This document shows, piece by piece, positions 58,014-64,000 of a stretch of DNA of 64,000 nucleotides. The DNA comes from Bacteroidales bacterium. GTDB taxonomy: Bacteria; Bacteroidota; Bacteroidia; Bacteroidales; UBA10428. The position numbers and the translations under genes were made by a program. The notes under the pieces were generated by a model. It did no database searches. It was not told the DNA's origin and saw only the letters and a list, made by a program, of their open reading frames with translations. The DNA lies in NCBI GenBank assembly GCA_041737295.1, contig JBGSSA010000163.1, forward strand, positions 6,898 through 70,897, given 5' to 3'. Each line of letters opens with the position of its first letter. Within the stretch, counting starts at the first letter, position 1.

Positions 58014-60506
58014 ATGGAAAATAGCCGAAGACACTACCTGCAGTATGTATTTCCTGTTGTAATTTTCTTGTTCCTTTCTATCGCCTATTTTGTCCCTGAT
58101 ATCCTCCAGGGTAAAAAAATCAATCAGCATGACATAATGCAATATAAGGGAATGTCGAAGGAAATAACTGATTTCAGGACAACATACGGGAAAGAGCCTT
58201 TATGGACCAACAGCATGTTTGTCGGTATGCCTGCCTACCTGGTTTCTACCCAGTACAGGGGTAATTTCCTGCAGTACGTTCACCGTATCTTTACCTTATA
58301 TAATTCCAGGCCTGTTAGTTTCATATTCCTTTATCTCATTGGGGCCTATCTCGCTTTTCTGCTGTTTGGGCTCAGTCCGTGGGTAAGTTTTCTTGGGGCC
58401 ATTGCCTATGGCTTTTCATCTTATTTCTTTATAATTATACAGGCCGGTCATGTTTCAAAGGTCCTGGCACTGGGGTATATGACGCCCATCATAGCCGGAG
58501 TTTATGCAGCATTCCGGGGAAAGGCTTTGTTGGGAAGCCTTGTGGCGGGAATTTTCCTGGGGCTGCAGATCTTCATTAACCACCTGCAGATTACCTACTA
58601 TACAATGCTCATCATCCTGATGTTTGGAATTTTCGAACTTGTATATGCCATCCGGAAGAAAACCTTTGCTGATTTTCTCAAGCCGTTTCCCTGGCTTTTC
58701 CTTTTTGTCGCTCTGGCTATCGGGGCCAACTTCAGCAATTTGTATACAACTTATGAATACGGAAAATATTCAATACGCGGCAAGTCGGAACTTTCGGTAA
58801 ATGCGGAAAACAAAACATCCGGACTGGACAAGGATTATGCTATGCAATGGAGTTATGGTATAGGGGAGACCTTTACATTGCTGATCCCTGATTTTATGGG
58901 AGGAGCGTCTTCCATGGAGCTGAAAAATAATTCAAACACCTATGAATTTATAAAGAATACCTATGGCGCCGGCGAGGCGAAAAAATTTGTAAAGAGCGTT
59001 CCCGTTTACTGGGGAAAACAGCCAATCACTTCGGGTCCGGTATATGTAGGGGCGGTAGTTTTATTTCTGTTTATCCTGGGGATGTTTCTTGTGAAAGGCC
59101 GAGTCAAATGGTGGCTGTTCACTGTAACCGTTGTGTCAATAGCACTTTCCTGGGGACACAATTTTACCTCCCTGAGCAATCTGATGTTCGATTATTTCCC
59201 GGGTTATAACAAATTCAGAACGGTTTCCATGACCCTGATCATGGCTGAATTTGCCATGCCTTTCCTGGCCATTCTGACCTTGTGGGAAATTATCAACGGC
59301 AATCCCCAGAAAAAAGAATTTCTAAAAGCGCTGAAATTTAGCTTCTTTGGACTTTCGGGCCTTATTCTGATCTTGTTAGTGATCAGCGGATCGTTTGACA
59401 TGTCGGCCCCCATAGATGAACAATTGCGATCACAGGGACTGGATAAGATCGTGGAAGCCATTCATAAAGACCGTCTTTCCCTGTTTCGCACAGATGCATT
59501 CAGGTCCCTTGTATTTGTTTCTCTGTCCGCTGCGCTTGTATATTTTGCCTGGATGAAAAAAATCAAGTTCACTACGCTAATTATTCTAACAGCTTTTTTG
59601 CTGCTTATTGATATGTGGCCTGTGAACAAAAGATTCCTTGGCAGCCGGGATTTTCTTACTGCCAAAGAAGATAAAAACCTGTTCACTCCCACTACTGCCG
59701 ATATGGTTATCCTGCGTGACAAAGACCCGAATTTCAGGGTCCTGAACCTTACAGTCAGTATTCTTCAGGATGCGACCACTTCATATTATCATAAGTCGCT
59801 GGGCGGGTATCATGGCGCCAAGATGAGAAGGTACCAGGAATTGTTTGATCATAGCATTGAAAAAGAACTGAATGATCTTATCAATACCCTCCAGAAAAGG
59901 CCGAGTCCTCAGGCAGTTGATAGTACATTCGCCACATTGGGTACATTGAATATGCTGAACACCCGGTATATTATCTACAATACTGAGGCACCCCCGCTTG
60001 TAAACCGGCATGAATTGGGAAATGCCTGGTTTGTAAACAACTATACAATGGTCCCTGATGCAGATGCTGAAATCCTGGCTGTTTCTTCCGGTCTAAAACC
60101 CGGCCAGGAAGCTGTAATTGATTCCCGTTTTGAAAACGAGGTAAAACAGTTAACCCTTGTCCCGGATACGACAGCCCGGATTTCCCTGACCGAATACAGG
60201 GTAAACTACCTGAAATACAGTTCCATTACATCCAGTGAACAATTGGCGGTATTTTCTGAAGTGTATTATGATAAGGGATGGCAGGCTTTTATAGATGGCA
60301 AACCGGCTCCTCACTTCAGGGCCAATTACCTGCTCAGGGCAATGAGGGTTCCGGAAGGCACGCATACAATAGAATTCAAATTTCATCCCAACAGTTATTT
60401 TATGGGTGAAAAAGTCTCCATGGCCAGTTCGTTGTTGCTGTTGTTGCTGGCAGTGGGAATTGGCTGGAGGGAGTGGAAGAAGAAAGTAGGGAGTAAGGAG
60501 AAATGA
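58014..60506 (+). CDS. YfhO-family membrane protein (GT-C-like)
   Basis: WTNSMFVGMP, HLQITYY, GGYHGAK, MLNTRY, FSEVYY..GW, ANYLLRA. Confidence 0.88.
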   Translation: MENSRRHYLQYVFPVVIFLFLSIAYFVPDILQGKKINQHDIMQYKGMSKEITDFRTTYGKEPLWTNSMFVGMPAYLVSTQYRGNFLQYVHRIFTLYNSRPVSFIFLYLIGAYLAFLLFGLSPWVSFLGAIAYGFSSYFFIIIQAGHVSKVLALGYMTPIIAGVYAAFRGKALLGSLVAGIFLGLQIFINHLQITYYTMLIILMFGIFELVYAIRKKTFADFLKPFPWLFLFVALAIGANFSNLYTTYEYGKYSIRGKSELSVNAENKTSGLDKDYAMQWSYGIGETFTLLIPDFMGGASSMELKNNSNTYEFIKNTYGAGEAKKFVKSVPVYWGKQPITSGPVYVGAVVLFLFILGMFLVKGRVKWWLFTVTVVSIALSWGHNFTSLSNLMFDYFPGYNKFRTVSMTLIMAEFAMPFLAILTLWEIINGNPQKKEFLKALKFSFFGLSGLILILLVISGSFDMSAPIDEQLRSQGLDKIVEAIHKDRLSLFRTDAFRSLVFVSLSAALVYFAWMKKIKFTTLIILTAFLLLIDMWPVNKRFLGSRDFLTAKEDKNLFTPTTADMVILRDKDPNFRVLNLTVSILQDATTSYYHKSLGGYHGAKMRRYQELFDHSIEKELNDLINTLQKRPSPQAVDSTFATLGTLNMLNTRYIIYNTEAPPLVNRHELGNAWFVNNYTMVPDADAEILAVSSGLKPGQEAVIDSRFENEVKQLTLVPDTTARISLTEYRVNYLKYSSITSSEQLAVFSEVYYDKGWQAFIDGKPAPHFRANYLLRAMRVPEGTHTIEFKFHPNSYFMGEKVSMASSLLLLLLAVGIGWREWKKKVGSKEK

Positions 60507-60535
60507 GTAAGGAGATTACTCCCTACTCCTTACTT
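60486..60535. repeat. Inverted pair of GGAGTA(G/A) heptamers between convergent genes, probable hairpin/terminator
   Basis: agtagggagtaaggag...agtaaggagattactccctactccttact. Confidence 0.8.
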
Positions 60536-61570
60536 TTAATATCTGTCCAGCCACCTGTACTTCCTTGCGGTATCCCCCAGTTTGGCTGAGAAGCAGATCT
60601 CGTGGGAACCCAGGGAATATCTGGAAATCCCCTTGAATCCATAGTCAAACGAGTAGCCGAAGTAATAGTTTTTTAATTTAATTCCGGCAAGGAGGATAAT
60701 ATCTCCACTGGTGCGTCCTGAAAGACCAAACCAGTACTGACGTTTATAATAGGCCTTCATGGTGAGATCAGCCTGCATTCTCAGCATTTCATTTAAAATG
60801 ATGAGGGTTGAAGGCTCTATTTCCCAATTGGGATTTGATGCGACAGTATGCCGGTAATCCGCCAGGATGCTGTAATGCCGCATTAACCGTATTTCTTCTG
60901 AATTTTGATAATCCGCGCTATTCCCTATTTTGAGCCTGGACTGGAAAATCTGCAGAACTGAAAAACCAGCATGCCAGTTACTTTTCATGTAATTAACCCC
61001 TATTCCTGCATCCGGAACCAGGGTTGATTTGCCAATAAGCCCATTTAGGGGATCCGTTTCGGGATTTTTCAATTTGGCCAATTCAGGATTGATCCGGAAT
61101 TGAAAAACGTTTCCGGTTAATCCGAACGACAACTGCGAGTTCCTGATAAAAAGATGATATGCATAACTGAATTGTGCACCCGTTCGGCCGACAGCCCCGT
61201 TTTCATCGTGATAAACAATACCTCCCAATCCTACCCTTCCCTTGCCTGCCTTACGCAAGTTATTGCCTCCCTTCGGACCGGCTTTCAAGGTATACCCTGT
61301 TTTGAGAAGCCTTCCCTGCGCACTGATAATATAGGAAGACGGGGTGTTCTCGGAGAATCCAAGCCATTGCTTTCGCGCACCAATATTGAAAACAGTGCGC
61401 CCGTCACATCCGGCCACAGCGGGATTGATCAGGAATTCATTTGAATAGTACTGGCTGAAACGCGGTAACTGCTGTGCCTGAACAGAGCCCATAAAACCAC
61501 TGATTAACAGAATAATAATTATCCTGATAGTAATAATGCTTGCTTTTATATGGTAAATACTGTTCTTCAC
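60536..61570 (-). CDS. T9SS PorP/SprF-family outer membrane protein
   Basis: QQLPRFSQY, INPAVAG, RKQWLG, GYSFDY, GSHEI. Confidence 0.92.
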   Translation of the reverse strand: MKNSIYHIKASIITIRIIIILLISGFMGSVQAQQLPRFSQYYSNEFLINPAVAGCDGRTVFNIGARKQWLGFSENTPSSYIISAQGRLLKTGYTLKAGPKGGNNLRKAGKGRVGLGGIVYHDENGAVGRTGAQFSYAYHLFIRNSQLSFGLTGNVFQFRINPELAKLKNPETDPLNGLIGKSTLVPDAGIGVNYMKSNWHAGFSVLQIFQSRLKIGNSADYQNSEEIRLMRHYSILADYRHTVASNPNWEIEPSTLIILNEMLRMQADLTMKAYYKRQYWFGLSGRTSGDIILLAGIKLKNYYFGYSFDYGFKGISRYSLGSHEICFSAKLGDTARKYRWLDRY

Positions 61571-61590
61571 TCTTATGCTTTATACCTCTC

Positions 61591-63999
61591 CTATTTAATA
61601 ATGGTTACGATACCCTTTATCGGGGGCTGATCTTTTCCATTGTTCAGTTCAATAATGAAATAATAGGTGTCCACAGGAAGTGTACGTCCCTTCAGGTCTT
61701 CCCCGTTCCATGGCTCGGCACATCCCCCGTTACAACGGTATACAAGGCTGCCCAGCCGGTCATATACCTCAATTACGCCTTCAGGATAAATTTCATGGAA
61801 GGTGGCTTCTCCTCCGTCCTCATTGATATAGTTTATTTCCCATGTATCGTTGGCAAAATCATAATTGGGCGTAAAAGCTGTGGGAATTCCCAGGCATGAG
61901 CTGCTCCGTGCTGTTAATTTAAATATGCCTTCTGCTGTGCATCCCCGGATGTCAGTTACCCTCACTTCATATTTATCCTCCCTGATATCATTCAGTATTG
62001 AATCTGTTTCATCCGGATAATCCGTCCATTCAAACTGGAATAAAGGAGTTCCGCCTGTGACACGGATGGCCAACGCACCATTCTGCCAATCGGGACAGAA
62101 CGGAGAAACCGTATTGCTTTCGTCGATCGATAACTTCAAGGGTTCCGGCTCCCTGATCATAACAGGGGTGTCAAGTATGCAATTCCTTTTATCTATTATC
62201 CGCAGCATATATGTGCCCGCCTTTTTCTGATCAACAAGAGTTCCATTCACCAACGTATCATTCCAGAAATATGTATAATCCGGCGTTCCTCCGGTTGCAC
62301 CAAATGTTACTGAACCATCCGCAAAGCTGAAACACGTTGGAGTATTTATATCAACCATTGCAGCTAATTCATCCGGATCATTCAGCACAATGGTTTGTGT
62401 ACCTGCACATTGATCAACATCGGTCACGGTTAGGCTATAGGAGCCCCGTTTCACTCCTGATATGGTTTCTGCATGACTTCCCGTGTTCCATTCATAAATA
62501 AAGGGTGCCATTCCGGTATGAACCACAGCCTTAAGTTCACCATCCGTATTATTGTAACATGAAATACTGTCCGTCACCTGAATTTCAATTTGAACCGGCG
62601 GATTCTGGATAATGACCGAAGTATCCATTATCTGGCATAGGTTCCTGTCTGTGACGGTGAGAATATATTCTCCGATATCCAGGCCGGACCTCGCGGATTC
62701 CGTTTCCCCCGTTTTCCATAAATAGGTATAGGCAGATAATCCCCCGGCAACCACTGCATGAGTGCTTCCTTTGCCCAGACCGGTGCAGTTTACATTCGTA
62801 TTTTCAAACCGGAGAGTAAGCTGATCCGGGGATTTCAACGGGGCTGTCCATGATACGGCACAGTTATTTGCATCAGTTAGGATCAACTTGTATGTTCCGG
62901 TGGACAGGTTATCGATATAGGATGTATCCCTTCCCAATGCGATAGTATTGGCGGTCCAGTCATAATTATAACTTCCTGCACCACCCCTGGAAAAGGTCCG
63001 GATACTCCCGTCATTTCCTTCAAAACAGGAAACTGCAAATCCATTATGGCTTGACATCCGAACTGAATCTATCTGCAGTTTATCCGGTTGAACGATAACT
63101 ATTGTATCGTTAATACTGCAATGAATACCATCCGTAACCGTCACAACATATTCTCCGGCTTCAAGGTTACGCAATTCAGAGGATGTGCCCCCCTGCTCCC
63201 AATGGAATTGGTATGGTGATTCCGAGGTATCTCCACCTTCGGGATGCAAAACAATAAATCCCGATTTGTCGCCATAACAATTCAGGTTGTATCCTCCGGT
63301 AACTGAATTTGAAACGTCAGATAAAACATTTATTTCGGATGGCTGAATCAGATCAAATGTATCCTTTACCGCACAATTGAATGTATCAGAAACAACTACA
63401 CCATATTGACCTGCCTCAAGACCGGTCAGATTTCTAAGTGTACTGTCGGCAATTGTACCCCCGGATAATGCATTCCAGGTATAAGTATACCCCTGCCGGG
63501 CATGACCTCCACGGATGCTGTTCAATGTTATACTTCCATCCGTAAGTCCGAAACAGCTGACATTGTATAAATTATGATAGGTTGACAGACTAGAACTTTC
63601 AATTATCAGAGGATCGGGTTGAATTAAAATTCGTTCAATTGAATCTGAACAATCTGAGGCATCTGTATAATAGAGGGTATAAATCCCTGCTACCAGATTG
63701 TCCTGATAATTAAACTTCAGGGCATTTGTAAATGTAGTGTCAAAATCATTGGGACCCGTCCAGTGATAGGTAATACTTGCCATACTGTTATTTACAGTGG
63801 TCCAGTTGCCTGAGTTCTCTCCATGGCATTTGATCTGGTAGTCCCCATATAAATATGGATATGCACCGACCTTAACTGCAGGAGGTGAAGTTAAATCTCT
63901 CACTGCACTTACCAGGGTTGAACACATATTGGTATCAACAGCTTTCAGAACATATCTTCCTTCGGGTGCATTATACAGAGTATCCCGATGGATTTCGGC
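61591..63999 (-). CDS. Large SprB-repeat surface protein with type-B T9SS CTD; 5' end lies outside the window
   Basis: Repeated C.G..DG.I....GG...Y.Y.W....L..G.Y...VTD...C units; IPTAFTPN...WNG...DTYYF; frame stays open to the window edge. Confidence 0.92.
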   Translation of the reverse strand, partial: AEIHRDTLYNAPEGRYVLKAVDTNMCSTLVSAVRDLTSPPAVKVGAYPYLYGDYQIKCHGENSGNWTTVNNSMASITYHWTGPNDFDTTFTNALKFNYQDNLVAGIYTLYYTDASDCSDSIERILIQPDPLIIESSSLSTYHNLYNVSCFGLTDGSITLNSIRGGHARQGYTYTWNALSGGTIADSTLRNLTGLEAGQYGVVVSDTFNCAVKDTFDLIQPSEINVLSDVSNSVTGGYNLNCYGDKSGFIVLHPEGGDTSESPYQFHWEQGGTSSELRNLEAGEYVVTVTDGIHCSINDTIVIVQPDKLQIDSVRMSSHNGFAVSCFEGNDGSIRTFSRGGAGSYNYDWTANTIALGRDTSYIDNLSTGTYKLILTDANNCAVSWTAPLKSPDQLTLRFENTNVNCTGLGKGSTHAVVAGGLSAYTYLWKTGETESARSGLDIGEYILTVTDRNLCQIMDTSVIIQNPPVQIEIQVTDSISCYNNTDGELKAVVHTGMAPFIYEWNTGSHAETISGVKRGSYSLTVTDVDQCAGTQTIVLNDPDELAAMVDINTPTCFSFADGSVTFGATGGTPDYTYFWNDTLVNGTLVDQKKAGTYMLRIIDKRNCILDTPVMIREPEPLKLSIDESNTVSPFCPDWQNGALAIRVTGGTPLFQFEWTDYPDETDSILNDIREDKYEVRVTDIRGCTAEGIFKLTARSSSCLGIPTAFTPNYDFANDTWEINYINEDGGEATFHEIYPEGVIEVYDRLGSLVYRCNGGCAEPWNGEDLKGRTLPVDTYYFIIELNNGKDQPPIKGIVTIIK

Positions 64000-64000
64000 T

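Overview
This is a chromosomal window from a Bacteroidota (probably Bacteroidales-like) genome, judged from TAnnTTTG promoters, T9SS PorP/SprF genes, an alpha2-type GlyRS and an exonuclease-fused DnaE. The main find is an 11-gene co-oriented cluster (about 1.0-14.4 kb) joining a chemosensory methylation module to a SiaA/SiaB/SiaC-like Thr phospho-switch. The methylation module has two CheR (one degenerate), a REC-less CheB, and GAF membrane proteins with Glu-Glu heptad coiled coils. The cluster has no CheA/W/Y, no histidine kinase and no SiaD cyclase; it ends in an ABCG-like exporter with TerB-like and possibly FHA-like N-terminal domains, a lipoprotein and a secreted protein. A second, orphan SiaB-like gene lies at 29.9 kb. 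A second theme is a family of 7-8 nt tandem repeats at gene 3' ends, often supplying the stop codon. They form inverted pairs between convergent genes, once enclosing a four-helix-bundle gene and elsewhere with no enclosed gene. The rest is housekeeping (trxA, dnaE, hflX, asd, sdhCAB/frd, dusB, nadB, glyQS, tRNA-Ala), two T9SS type-B cargo/PorP pairs and a surface-glycan locus ending in Wzx and YfhO. All family calls come from motif recognition by eye; no database searches were run.
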